Shown: piece after piece, positions 41,779 to 50,579 of the stretch | Layout of the letters: the number at the start of each line of letters is the position of its first letter | How positions within the stretch are numbered: position 1 is the first letter of the stretch | Assembly: GCA_965197905.1 (NCBI GenBank) | Contig: CBDAOB010000004.1 | Span: 1,024,001-1,088,000, forward strand | Length of the DNA stretch: 64,000 nucleotides | Reading direction: 5' to 3' | Source of the DNA: Candidatus Latescibacterota bacterium | GTDB lineage: Bacteria > Latescibacterota > UBA2968 > UBA8231 | Program-made: the position numbers and the translations under genes | Notes under the pieces: generated by a model | Seen by the model: the letters and a program-made list of their open reading frames with translations, nothing else | Told to the model about the DNA's origin: nothing | Databases searched by the model: none

Positions 41779-41813
41779 AAAAAAAACGGCGCGACCTAGA
41801 AAAGGCCGCGCCG
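41779..41813 (-). terminator. Intrinsic terminator downstream of nrdJ
   Basis: CGGCGCGGCC-TTTTCTA-GGTCGCGCCG followed by T8 on the minus strand. Confidence 0.85.
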
Positions 41814-41965
41814 CGATTTCATCTCCCACTGATACCCTAGTAAGCAGTTAGTCTCGTATCATCGATGGCGGAGGAGCTTGGCTGGCAAGGCGTGCGAACG
41901 AGCCCCGTATCGAAAATATGCCGAGTGAGTCCAACGACTCGAAGCGGGATGGATCGGCGCCATAA

Positions 41966-44335
41966 TCAGCACTTGGACCAGCCGCAATGCCTACAGCTCA
42001 GGCAACCGCTTTCGTGGATGGTGGTGGCGCCGCATTCCGGGCAGGTGCCGAGTAACTTCGCATCGCCTCCAACGACCCCGCCCCCGGTTGATCCGTCCAG
42101 GTCGCGAGTCTCGACATATTCTCCCGTGCGCCGCTGTACATAGCGCTCTAACGCCTTGCCGATGGCGTCCGGGGTGGAGAGAATCAGCTCCCCGTTCTCC
42201 CAAACCGGAGTGGGACCGGAAATGCCCTTGAGCTCAAGTATCACCTCCTGTGGATCGATTTCCGACCGCAGGACCAGGGATATGAGCCGGCTGATCGCCT
42301 CTGACTGGGCAGCGGCATTGCCTCCTGCCTTGCCGATGGTGCTGAACACCTCGCACAACCCCTTCTCATCTTCGTTGATCGTAACGTAGATGTTCCCTTC
42401 TCCGGTGCGCACCCGCTCTGTGACCCCTCGGGTCACCGCCGGGCGCTGCCGCGGATGATACCCAGCGCGCGGCCGTTCCTCCGTCTCGGCCCCCCCCTCT
42501 TCCGCGGGAGCTGTGGCGTCAGACTGCAAAATCCCTTCGCGGCTCCCCTCCCGGTACACCGTCACCCCTTTCAACCCCTCTTTGTACGCCGTGACGTAGA
42601 TATCCGCCACGGTTTCGACGCTCGTATCCGTCGGCAGGTTCAGGGTCGAGGAGATGCTGCTGTCGGTGTACTTCTGGATAACACCCTGCATTTTGACGCG
42701 AAAGAAAGGATCGATGCTGTGGGCGGTGACCACGTGATCCGGTAGGTCTTCGTCGCCACCAAACAATCTTTTCACCAGCGGATGATACACCTTGTATTCA
42801 CGAAAGCTCTCGCCGTCGGCCTGTTTCACTCGCCGGGTATAGCTGGTGCAGAAGATCGGCTCGATACCGGAGGTGGTTTCGGCCACGATCGACCCGGTTC
42901 CCACCGGCGGTACTGTGATCAGCGTGCTGTTGCGCAATCCGAACTTCTCGATCTTGTCGCGGATGCGGGTCGGCAGACTCTGGAAAAACTTGCTCTTGGA
43001 AATGCCCTCGAAATCAAACAGCGGAAACGGTTTCTTTTCTTGTGCCAGATCGATGGAGGTCTCATAGGAGTTGTAGCAGATCGTTTGCATGATCTTCTCG
43101 ACCGCATCCAGCGCCTCATCCGAATCGTAGCGTAGACCCATCGCCAACAAAGCGTCCGCCAGCCCGGTGATGCCCAGACCGACCCGCCGGTCTGACGCCA
43201 CCGCATCCATGATCTTGGGCAGCGCGTGACGTTTCATGTTGTATTCAATCACGTTATCGAGAAAACGGGTGGCGATGCGGGTGCTATCCGCCAAATCGTT
43301 GAGATTCAGGGTGCCATCGTCGCGGACGAACTTTACGAGGTTGAGATTGCCCAGGTTACACGCCGTGTAAGAAGCCAGGGGCTGCTCGCCGCACGGATTG
43401 GTGCTGGTCAGCGGATTGGCGTACTCCACGTTGTGATATTCGCGCATGGTATCCCAGAAGATGATGCCCGGCTCGGCGCTGGCATGCGCGTTGGTGATGA
43501 TCTTGTTCCACAGTTCCCGCGCTTTGACGGTGCGGAACACCTTGCCACCCCACTTGAGATCGAAGTCGCCGTCACCCAGCACCGCCTCCATAAACTCGTG
43601 CGTGATGAGCACGCTGATATTGGCGTACTGCACCTTGGTACGGGATGAATCGTTCTTGATGGTTATGAAATCCTCGATGTCCGGATGATCGACCCGGAGC
43701 GTCAGCATCAGTGCACCGCGGCGGCCGGCCTGCGACACCGCATTGGTGCTCTCGCTCAGCAGATTCATGAACGCCGTGCAACCGGGTGATTGATCTACCG
43801 TGGCATTTACCGCTGCGCCTTTGGGTCGGAGAACCGACAGATCTGTACCTACACCGCCGCCGGTGCGGTAGACCATGGCAGACTCGGAGAGACATCTATA
43901 GATGCATTCGAGGCTGTCGTCTTCTATGGGAACGACGTAGCAATTGGACAGGGTCGGCTTGCGGCGCGCCTCTTCGCGGCCGGCGCCATGCATGACCCGT
44001 CCACCGGGGATAAACTTGAAATCCATCAGTAGCGAGAAGAAGCGGTCGTACCACAACTCATTGTCCGTCTCCACCGAAGCCATGGCGCGGGCGATGCGAT
44101 CCCACATCTGCAGCGGTCCGGTCTCTCCAGGAGCTAGATATTTGGATCGCAAAACGTCGATCGCCAAGTCGTTGTCCTGGTAATAGGTCTCGGCGTCGGC
44201 GGCATTTTTTAGCAGGTCATCGTGCCCGTTGCGCTTGAGACCGTTGTCCTCCAGTTGCGCCAGTAGATCCTCGAGCCGGTGGACGGCTTCCGGGGTCTCG
44301 GAGACGGTCGGCTTCTTCGGTCGATGTAACGGCAT
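41966..44335 (-). CDS. nrdJ: Class II (adenosylcobalamin-dependent) ribonucleotide reductase with C-terminal TSCPD/Zn-ribbon domain
   Basis: LSNCYV, TNPCGEQPL, CNLG, PVGTGS..TSGIEP, KGVTVYREGSR, C-terminal CPEC...CLSCRHCGWSKC. Confidence 0.95.
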   Translation of the reverse strand: MPLHRPKKPTVSETPEAVHRLEDLLAQLEDNGLKRNGHDDLLKNAADAETYYQDNDLAIDVLRSKYLAPGETGPLQMWDRIARAMASVETDNELWYDRFFSLLMDFKFIPGGRVMHGAGREEARRKPTLSNCYVVPIEDDSLECIYRCLSESAMVYRTGGGVGTDLSVLRPKGAAVNATVDQSPGCTAFMNLLSESTNAVSQAGRRGALMLTLRVDHPDIEDFITIKNDSSRTKVQYANISVLITHEFMEAVLGDGDFDLKWGGKVFRTVKARELWNKIITNAHASAEPGIIFWDTMREYHNVEYANPLTSTNPCGEQPLASYTACNLGNLNLVKFVRDDGTLNLNDLADSTRIATRFLDNVIEYNMKRHALPKIMDAVASDRRVGLGITGLADALLAMGLRYDSDEALDAVEKIMQTICYNSYETSIDLAQEKKPFPLFDFEGISKSKFFQSLPTRIRDKIEKFGLRNSTLITVPPVGTGSIVAETTSGIEPIFCTSYTRRVKQADGESFREYKVYHPLVKRLFGGDEDLPDHVVTAHSIDPFFRVKMQGVIQKYTDSSISSTLNLPTDTSVETVADIYVTAYKEGLKGVTVYREGSREGILQSDATAPAEEGGAETEERPRAGYHPRQRPAVTRGVTERVRTGEGNIYVTINEDEKGLCEVFSTIGKAGGNAAAQSEAISRLISLVLRSEIDPQEVILELKGISGPTPVWENGELILSTPDAIGKALERYVQRRTGEYVETRDLDGSTGGGVVGGDAKLLGTCPECGATTIHESGCLSCRHCGWSKC

Positions 44336-44463
44336 TATCCCTTCCTCTACAGCGAAATATCCCCATGTCGGTTGGTCCCAGAAAGGGCCGGGATACCGGC
44401 GGAAACTCAGGGAAATCTTGGGTTTAGAAGATAAACGGGGAGTCGTGCGTGGTCAACCTGAAT

Positions 44464-44511
44464 ACACAGCATCTCAGGCTGAAGACAGCTTCAGCACACA
44501 ATATCTTGTGT
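44464..44511. promoter_or_regulatory. Tandem NrdR boxes upstream of nrdJ
   Basis: ACACAATATCTTGTGT (44496-44511) fits the NrdR consensus; weaker ACACAGCATCTCAGGC (44464-44479) lies 32 bp away. Confidence 0.8.
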
Positions 44512-44523
44512 TGAAGCTGTCCA

Positions 44524-44552
44524 AAAATATCGGCCTGAGACGAGCTTGTCAA
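44524..44552 (-). promoter_or_regulatory. Sigma70 promoter of nrdJ
   Basis: TTGACA-N17-TATTTT immediately upstream of the NrdR box. Confidence 0.75.
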
Positions 44553-44662
44553 GCGGTTTTTTTCGCCGCGTTATTTTGGCGTTTTTGCAAGTCTGAAGAG
44601 GCCCGAAAACGTCTTAATAAGAGCGCGGGGGTGATGACGGTAGAAGCCGGTGACGGAGGCGC

Positions 44663-45112
44663 CTAATTCGCCAGTTGCTCCAGCTCGCGAACGAAATCGC
44701 TGCGGTCTTTGAACTGGCGATATACCGAGGCAAAACGCACGTAAGCCACCTCGTTGAGACCGCGCAGATGCTCCATGACCTGCTCGCCGATTTCGTTCGA
44801 TGGGATCTCTTTTTCGTTCATGTTGCCCAGCGCGGTTTCGACGAGATCCACCAGCTCTTCGATCTGGTCGATGGGCACGGTGGTCTTGTAACAGGCTAAG
44901 CGGATCTTCGCCAGCAACTTGCTGCGATCGAAAGGTTCGCGGCGGCCATCGGCTTTGATAACGGTGAGCGGAACATTTTCAATGTATTCGTAGGTGGTGA
45001 AGCGACGGTTACAGTCGAGACATTCCCGGCGCCGGCGAATCGCCATCCCCTCTCGGCAGGAACGTGAATCCACCACCTTGTCATCTTCGTGATTGCAAAA
45101 TGGGCACCGCAT
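44663..45112 (-). CDS. nrdR: Transcriptional repressor NrdR
   Basis: MRCPFC...VVDSR...IRRRRECLDC..RFTTYE, ATP cone, VAYVRFASVY. Confidence 0.98.
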   Translation of the reverse strand: MRCPFCNHEDDKVVDSRSCREGMAIRRRRECLDCNRRFTTYEYIENVPLTVIKADGRREPFDRSKLLAKIRLACYKTTVPIDQIEELVDLVETALGNMNEKEIPSNEIGEQVMEHLRGLNEVAYVRFASVYRQFKDRSDFVRELEQLAN

Positions 45113-45268
45113 CGAGAGACCTCCTGCTGACTGCCCCGATACCGTTGGGCAGAAGCGATGTAGCTGAACGGTCGTTCTGGGGAAAGAGCAGCGGAGCGGG
45201 GATCGTATTCAGAACTGCTTGCTTAGGATAATAAAAACAGCAGGATATGGCAACTCTGCCACGGGCCG

Positions 45269-45919
45269 CTAGTGCAGCTGGAAAGAAATGGGAAGGGTCA
45301 CTTCGACGGAAACGGGGCGGTCGTTCTGCATGGCAGGGGAAAAAACCCACTGCCATATCACCTCGGTTGCGGCTTGATGGAAAACCTCGGGTCCGGTCAC
45401 CCCGAGCACCTTCTTGACCCGACCATCTTTCCCCAGGAGCACCCGGACGAAAACCTTGCCTTCGATATTCGCCTTGCGAGCGATCTCCGGATATTTAGGA
45501 TTGACCGCCTTGATCGCTTTGGGTTGAGACTCGGCCATCCACAGGGGCACCACCTCATCCTCTTCCTCTAGGTCGAGATCAGCCGGGTCGTTCAAGGGCG
45601 GGGGGGGCAGGAGGCCTTCCAGGTCGAGATCCAGATCTGTCGTCTCTATGGTGGCGTCTTCCGGTATATCCAGATCGTCGGAAGCCACCGGAACTACAGG
45701 GCGAGGCGGTGGCGGAGGCCGCCGTTGCTGTGCCGTTTCGGGAATCTGCTCCAGCTGAATGATGATCTGCTGTTGCGGTTTCGAATACGCCTTAAAGTCA
45801 AAACTCGGAAAAACCACAAACAGCAGCGCGTGGAGCAAGACCGACACCCCCATCGAGGTCCACAACAGTTTTCGATACCCGAGCTTCAGATTCGCTTCCG
45901 GTTGTTTGCCGCGGATCAT
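45269..45919 (-). CDS. tonB: TonB energy transducer
   Basis: N-terminal TM with SxxxH, Pro-rich linker, PKYPEIARKANIEGKV...W.F.PA.Q. Confidence 0.92.
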   Translation of the reverse strand: MIRGKQPEANLKLGYRKLLWTSMGVSVLLHALLFVVFPSFDFKAYSKPQQQIIIQLEQIPETAQQRRPPPPPRPVVPVASDDLDIPEDATIETTDLDLDLEGLLPPPPLNDPADLDLEEEDEVVPLWMAESQPKAIKAVNPKYPEIARKANIEGKVFVRVLLGKDGRVKKVLGVTGPEVFHQAATEVIWQWVFSPAMQNDRPVSVEVTLPISFQLH

Positions 45920-46326
45920 TTGTCCTCGCGCCCGGTGGCAAAATTGACCCGCAGCGCTTCTACCTTGCGAAGCTCCTGCAGCACGTCTGAAATCAAACCG
46001 AATTCCGCAGCTCCGTCTGCCTTTATGGAGACGACAACTCGCGGATTTGCGGTGAGTTTTTCGTGTATCCGCCCACCCACCTGATCGAGTCCTATGTTCT
46101 GATCATCGATATTGATGATGCCGGTCGGCCCCACCCAGATGTTGGTGACGTCGCGCCGGCTCTCGAGCTTCTCGACCTTTTCCGCTGTGGGCAGTTCGAC
46201 GGGGATACCGCGGAAACGAACGAAGACAGTCGAAACCATGAAGAAGACCAGCAACAGGAAAGAGATGTCGGCCATCGAGGCCGTGGGGATGGCGCTGGCA
46301 ACTCGGGCTTTGCGTTTGAATCTCAT
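45916..46326 (-). CDS. exbD: ExbD/TolR protein
   Basis: IPTASMADISFLLLVFFMV; IKADG. Confidence 0.93.
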   Translation of the reverse strand: MRFKRKARVASAIPTASMADISFLLLVFFMVSTVFVRFRGIPVELPTAEKVEKLESRRDVTNIWVGPTGIINIDDQNIGLDQVGGRIHEKLTANPRVVVSIKADGAAEFGLISDVLQELRKVEALRVNFATGREDK

Positions 46327-46329
46327 CGC

Positions 46330-46743
46330 CTACTCTTCCGGATTGGCTATGGAGATGCGAGTGGCCCCGGCCAGCTTCAGTTCGTCGAGGACGTCGACGA
46401 ACATGCGATAGCTGGCGCCCCGTTCGGCCTTAAGCGCAATGATCAGCTTCTCGTTCTCGCGCAGGCGGCGCTCGATGTCCGCCTTGAGGGCGCTGAATTC
46501 GATCGTGTTCAGGTTCTCGTTCTCGTAGTAGGCTATCTGGTCCCGGGCGTTGATCCAGACATTGCAGATGTTCTTTTTCCGCACCTCCTTGGTCTCAGCG
46601 ACCGGAGGTAGTTGCAACGACAGCCCCTTGTCCTGGTTCATGGTGGTCGTCACCAGAAAGAAGGCGATAAGGAGGAAAGCGATGTCCGCCATCGACGCTG
46701 TGGGAATATCCGGTCCGACCCGCCGAACCCGTGGTTGCAGCAT
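46330..46743 (-). CDS. exbD: ExbD/TolR protein (second copy)
   Basis: IPTASMADIAFLLIAFFLVTT. Confidence 0.93.
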   Translation of the reverse strand: MLQPRVRRVGPDIPTASMADIAFLLIAFFLVTTTMNQDKGLSLQLPPVAETKEVRKKNICNVWINARDQIAYYENENLNTIEFSALKADIERRLRENEKLIIALKAERGASYRMFVDVLDELKLAGATRISIANPEE

Positions 46744-46752
46744 GGTTGCGCC

Positions 46753-47376
46753 TCAGCCGCTACTCTTCGAGCCAGCGATATCCGCGAGAATATCTACCAG
46801 GGCAGCAGTGTGCTCTTGCATGTCCGAGATGATTCGGTCGATGCGCGAAGCAAACAGGTTGTGGAAGAACTGAATGATGATGCCGACGATGAGTCCGGAA
46901 GCGGTGGTAATCAGTGCTTCGGAGATACCTCCTGCCACTTCGGCCGGAACCACGTCGCCCCGCTGTTTGATCGCTTGGAAAGCGTTGATCATTCCACTGA
47001 CCGTACCCAGAAAACCAACCATGGGGGCGAGGTTGGCGACGGTGGACAGCCATACCATGCCCCGCTCGAGGAATCCCATCTCCACAGCCCCCGAGTTTTC
47101 GATCGCCTTTTCCACATGATCTATGCCGCGCTCCAGCCGCATCAAGCCCGCATGGATCACCGAAGCCACGGGTCCACGGGTTTCCGAGCAAAGCTTGGCG
47201 GCGCTGTCAGGTCCCTCGGAACGCAACGCGTTTTCCAGCTTGCCGAAGAAATCTTCGGCGTCGATGGCGGCGCGTGAGAGGGTTATCCATCGCTCGATGG
47301 TCACGGCGACGCCGAAAATCAACAGAATGAGTAGCGGCCACATAGCCCAACCGCCGTCTTGAAAAAGCTGAATCAT
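46753..47376 (-). CDS. exbB: MotA/TolQ/ExbB proton channel
   Basis: GGWAMWPL, APMVGFLGTVSGMI.AF, AGGISEALITTASGL. Confidence 0.95.
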   Translation of the reverse strand: MIQLFQDGGWAMWPLLILLIFGVAVTIERWITLSRAAIDAEDFFGKLENALRSEGPDSAAKLCSETRGPVASVIHAGLMRLERGIDHVEKAIENSGAVEMGFLERGMVWLSTVANLAPMVGFLGTVSGMINAFQAIKQRGDVVPAEVAGGISEALITTASGLIVGIIIQFFHNLFASRIDRIISDMQEHTAALVDILADIAGSKSSG

Positions 47377-47405
47377 CGTTCCTCCTTCAAATTTCCGTCA
47401 ACCTG

Positions 47406-48605
47406 CTATTTCGATTCGGTATTCTCTTCGGTCTCGCCGTCTCCGAAGAACGCGCGCTTGAGTTTCTCCTCCTCGGTTTCGGGCGGACGTAGATTCCAGA
47501 TTCTCTGCTGGGCGACCCGTTCCCATGACGGATCTTTCTTGGCGATCTCGAACGCTGCTATTGCTTCATCCTCCGCACCTTCCAGGGCCAGCAGGTCACC
47601 GTTCAACAGTTGCAGCCGCGAGTGTTTCGGATCGACACCCAACCCACCGTTCAACAAACGGCGTACCGCGACCCTGTCCCCACCCGTAAGGCGCATCTCC
47701 GCCAATAGCGCCACGCTGTCCAGGTCCTTCGGGTTGGCTTGGACCATGCCCTCAAGACCACGCTGGCGCAACTCGTTTCTGCCTGCCGATTCCGCCATGG
47801 TGGCAATGCGGTTGTAGTAGGCGTAACCGCTCACCGTATCCACCTGGGCCAGGCGCAGCAGAGTTTCGGCGGCAGCGTCCAAGTCCCCAATCTGCTCCTG
47901 CAGGCGGGCCATCGCATCCAGCGATTCTCGCTGATCGGCCGCCGCGACTCCGGACGTATCCGCAAGCAGCTTTTGACGCCATTTTAGCGCCAGAGCCGCC
48001 TGCCCCGACCCTTCGTAGAGCACCGAAATGATCTCCGCCAGCTCGGCATCACCAGGCAGACCGGCGGCGAGTTGGGTGTAATGTGTCAGTGCTCGCTCCG
48101 GGCGGTTCTGGCGGCGGTAGAAGTCAGCCAGCTGGCGCCGGTTGGCGTTGTCTGCCGGCCGCCGTGTGAGAACTCGTTCGAGGCACAACGCCGCCGCGTC
48201 GGCCTCGCCTTGTTCATTCAGGACTCGGAACAGGACCAGGTTTGTATTGACATGCGTAGAATCGAGCTTCAAGGCTGCGGCGAGAGACGCGCGTGCCGAA
48301 GCCGAATCGCGACTCTCGTAGAAGACCCGCCCCAGCCGATAGTGGGCGCGCTGATCGTCCGGCTTGAACTCGAGAAATCGTCGGTAATAATCGATGGCGG
48401 CGGGATAATCCTTCCGATCGCCGGCGGTCTTTGCCAGGAAACGGTATTTCCGGATGGAGTCGGCGACGGTTTCCTGTGCCGCTTCTGCTCCCCAGACGAA
48501 TATGCATGCAACCACCAAAGCCGCGGCATTCAACATGCGTTTCGCGACAGGTTTTTGGGTTCGGAAACCGAGGTTTCTGGGTTGAGCAGGCGTCGGTGAG
48601 TACAT
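47406..48605 (-). CDS. Secreted tetratricopeptide-repeat protein
   Basis: Multiple TPR units (AHYRLG...AL.LD, LA..Y); signal peptide if started at MLNAAALV (about 48537). Confidence 0.8.
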   Translation of the reverse strand: MYSPTPAQPRNLGFRTQKPVAKRMLNAAALVVACIFVWGAEAAQETVADSIRKYRFLAKTAGDRKDYPAAIDYYRRFLEFKPDDQRAHYRLGRVFYESRDSASARASLAAALKLDSTHVNTNLVLFRVLNEQGEADAAALCLERVLTRRPADNANRRQLADFYRRQNRPERALTHYTQLAAGLPGDAELAEIISVLYEGSGQAALALKWRQKLLADTSGVAAADQRESLDAMARLQEQIGDLDAAAETLLRLAQVDTVSGYAYYNRIATMAESAGRNELRQRGLEGMVQANPKDLDSVALLAEMRLTGGDRVAVRRLLNGGLGVDPKHSRLQLLNGDLLALEGAEDEAIAAFEIAKKDPSWERVAQQRIWNLRPPETEEEKLKRAFFGDGETEENTESK

Positions 48606-48613
48606 GGGCCAAG

Positions 48614-48643
48614 AATATAGAACGGCGGAAAATCGGGTGTCAA
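48614..48643 (-). promoter_or_regulatory. Sigma70-type promoter for TPR-exbB-exbD-exbD-tonB
   Basis: TTGACA-N18-TATATT on the minus strand. Confidence 0.6.
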
Positions 48644-48662
48644 CGCAACGGCCTCTAAGCTG

Positions 48663-50567
48663 TCACCACCAATCGTAGCCTCCGCCGGTTTCCCCGCGCA
48701 ACGACAGCAGACCCCATAGAATCCGCGACCCGAGCTCCCCGAAAATCAAACCCATGAAGAAAGGTCGTACCCGCTGGTAGGTGGCGGCCCCACCGTAGCG
48801 CACGACGATCATCTTGACGCTCCAGCCCACGAGGGCTGAGCCCCACAACAAGGTGCCGAGACCGGTTCCATATACAAATCCGGCCGGGTGGAACGGAAAC
48901 CGCACGAAAACGAGACGCAGGTAGGAAAGTGCTGCCGCCGCTACGCCACCGAAACCGATGGCCGCCAAGCGGTCCCAATCGGTGCCAGCCGCGCGGGTGC
49001 CGACCTCGGAATAGAGATAATGGTAGTAGCGACCCAGGCGCGCAGCCGAGCGGCCTCCCCCTTGTTGGTCCAGGGTGAAAAGGCCGTGTTCGTACACGAT
49101 GTTTAACAGGGACCACATTCCTGCCACCAAACCCAAGGCGACGCCAAGACCGAGAAGGGTGGCGAGCCCCTGGCGTCCGGTTTTCAGCACCGAAGCCATC
49201 CTGAATCCCTCGAACTGCAGCATGGCGATGGCCCCGATTCCGGTGTAGTTGAGAGCGGTCAGAAAGGCGAGCGCAACATACTCCGAGCGGCTGAACACCC
49301 CCGGTCCAGAGCCGGCGAAAAAGAAGAAGAGGTTCCCCGTCAGGAAATAGATGGCGGTGACCGGCAGGCCGGCGTCCAGACGGAGACGCATCATGCCAAC
49401 CGTCGTCAGCAACAGCAGCGAGAAGTAGAGCGCGCTCAACCAGGCAGGCAATCCTGCGGCGACACCCCAAAAGACCATCAGAGCAAACCCGCCCAGCAGG
49501 AGCCACGCTCCTTTCCCCTCTCGCGCTGCCGCGGCGCATGCGTGACGGGCGCGCCAGAGATAGATTACCGCGAGGGTCAGCAGCGCCCCCCGGGCCTGCG
49601 CCTGTAGATGGGGAAAGAAGTTCGGCCACTCCCTCCACTGAGCGCCTAGACCGACGAAAGAACCGTGGTCGTCGGCGCGCCCGATGAGTTCGGCGTACAG
49701 GAGCTGCAAGCGGCTGCCAAGAAAGAAGAACCAGGTGCTGAAGGAGACCTCCACCGACAGCAGGTAGCTCAGGCCGATCAAGAGCGGCGAGAAATAGAAG
49801 ATGAAGCGGGATTCGAACGGAGCCATCGCCTTCCACGGATCGTCGATGAGGACGGAACGCAGATCGAAGTAATGTGCGATCTCACCGGGGACGAGGAAGA
49901 AATGGTTGATGCCGTTGATTCCGAAGAGAATCACGGGCACCGAAACGCCAAGCCAGAATGCCCTGCCGCGGAGGAGCGCGCCGCCCCGTTCGATCACTTC
50001 CAGAGGTACCTCGGTCAGGGGAAAGCGCAAATGCTCCTGCTCAATCCAGCGTCGATGCAGGAGCATCACCAGACCCAGGAAAGCCGCGAAGAGACTGGCA
50101 ACCAGGACCGACCAGGCGAGAACAGGCACGATCCAGCTGTGCCAGGGTACTGCGGCCGCCCCCTCGAAGAACCCCTCGACGGCGACCGAATCGGACGGGT
50201 CGGGTGTCATCCAGCTGGGGATATGCTTCAAGAAGGGGTGGAAACGCCCGCTTTGGTCGGCGTAGGAATACGGTCCGGTTACCAATCCTGCCAGCAGGTA
50301 TTGCGCCCATCCGGTGGACGCCAGGGGCAGGGCGATGGCGAGCAACAGATAAAAGGCCAGTAGCTCCCGGCGGTCGAAGCGCAACCACCGCCCCAGGACC
50401 ACCGACGCCAACAGAACTACGGACAGGAGGAGCAGCGGCAAGGGCGGCAATGCGCCCGTCGCCAGGGAGGGCCCGCCGTAGACAAGCTCGACCCGCTGTA
50501 GCAGCCAGGAGCCGCCAACGGTCGCCAGAAGGGCGAAGACCAGCACCCGCATGCTGAGGTATCGCAT
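48663..50567 (-). CDS. Multi-pass membrane protein (DUF6785/DUF6784-like, OPT-related)
   Basis: Many TM helices; VPWHSW..P...W, W.EQEHLRFPL..VP, FPFHPAGF, K..VVRYGG...Y.RVRPFFMGLI.G. Confidence 0.75.
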   Translation of the reverse strand: MRYLSMRVLVFALLATVGGSWLLQRVELVYGGPSLATGALPPLPLLLLSVVLLASVVLGRWLRFDRRELLAFYLLLAIALPLASTGWAQYLLAGLVTGPYSYADQSGRFHPFLKHIPSWMTPDPSDSVAVEGFFEGAAAVPWHSWIVPVLAWSVLVASLFAAFLGLVMLLHRRWIEQEHLRFPLTEVPLEVIERGGALLRGRAFWLGVSVPVILFGINGINHFFLVPGEIAHYFDLRSVLIDDPWKAMAPFESRFIFYFSPLLIGLSYLLSVEVSFSTWFFFLGSRLQLLYAELIGRADDHGSFVGLGAQWREWPNFFPHLQAQARGALLTLAVIYLWRARHACAAAAREGKGAWLLLGGFALMVFWGVAAGLPAWLSALYFSLLLLTTVGMMRLRLDAGLPVTAIYFLTGNLFFFFAGSGPGVFSRSEYVALAFLTALNYTGIGAIAMLQFEGFRMASVLKTGRQGLATLLGLGVALGLVAGMWSLLNIVYEHGLFTLDQQGGGRSAARLGRYYHYLYSEVGTRAAGTDWDRLAAIGFGGVAAAALSYLRLVFVRFPFHPAGFVYGTGLGTLLWGSALVGWSVKMIVVRYGGAATYQRVRPFFMGLIFGELGSRILWGLLSLRGETGGGYDWW

Positions 50568-50579
50568 TAACTCACCACG

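Noticed and set aside
41966..44335. Intein or intron in nrdJ
   Set aside because: Length and motif spacing are normal; no splice-junction or endonuclease motifs seen.
44336..45268. Cobalamin riboswitch upstream of nrdJ or nrdR
   Set aside because: No B12-box or conserved core recognised; NrdR boxes and sigma70 promoters explain the region.
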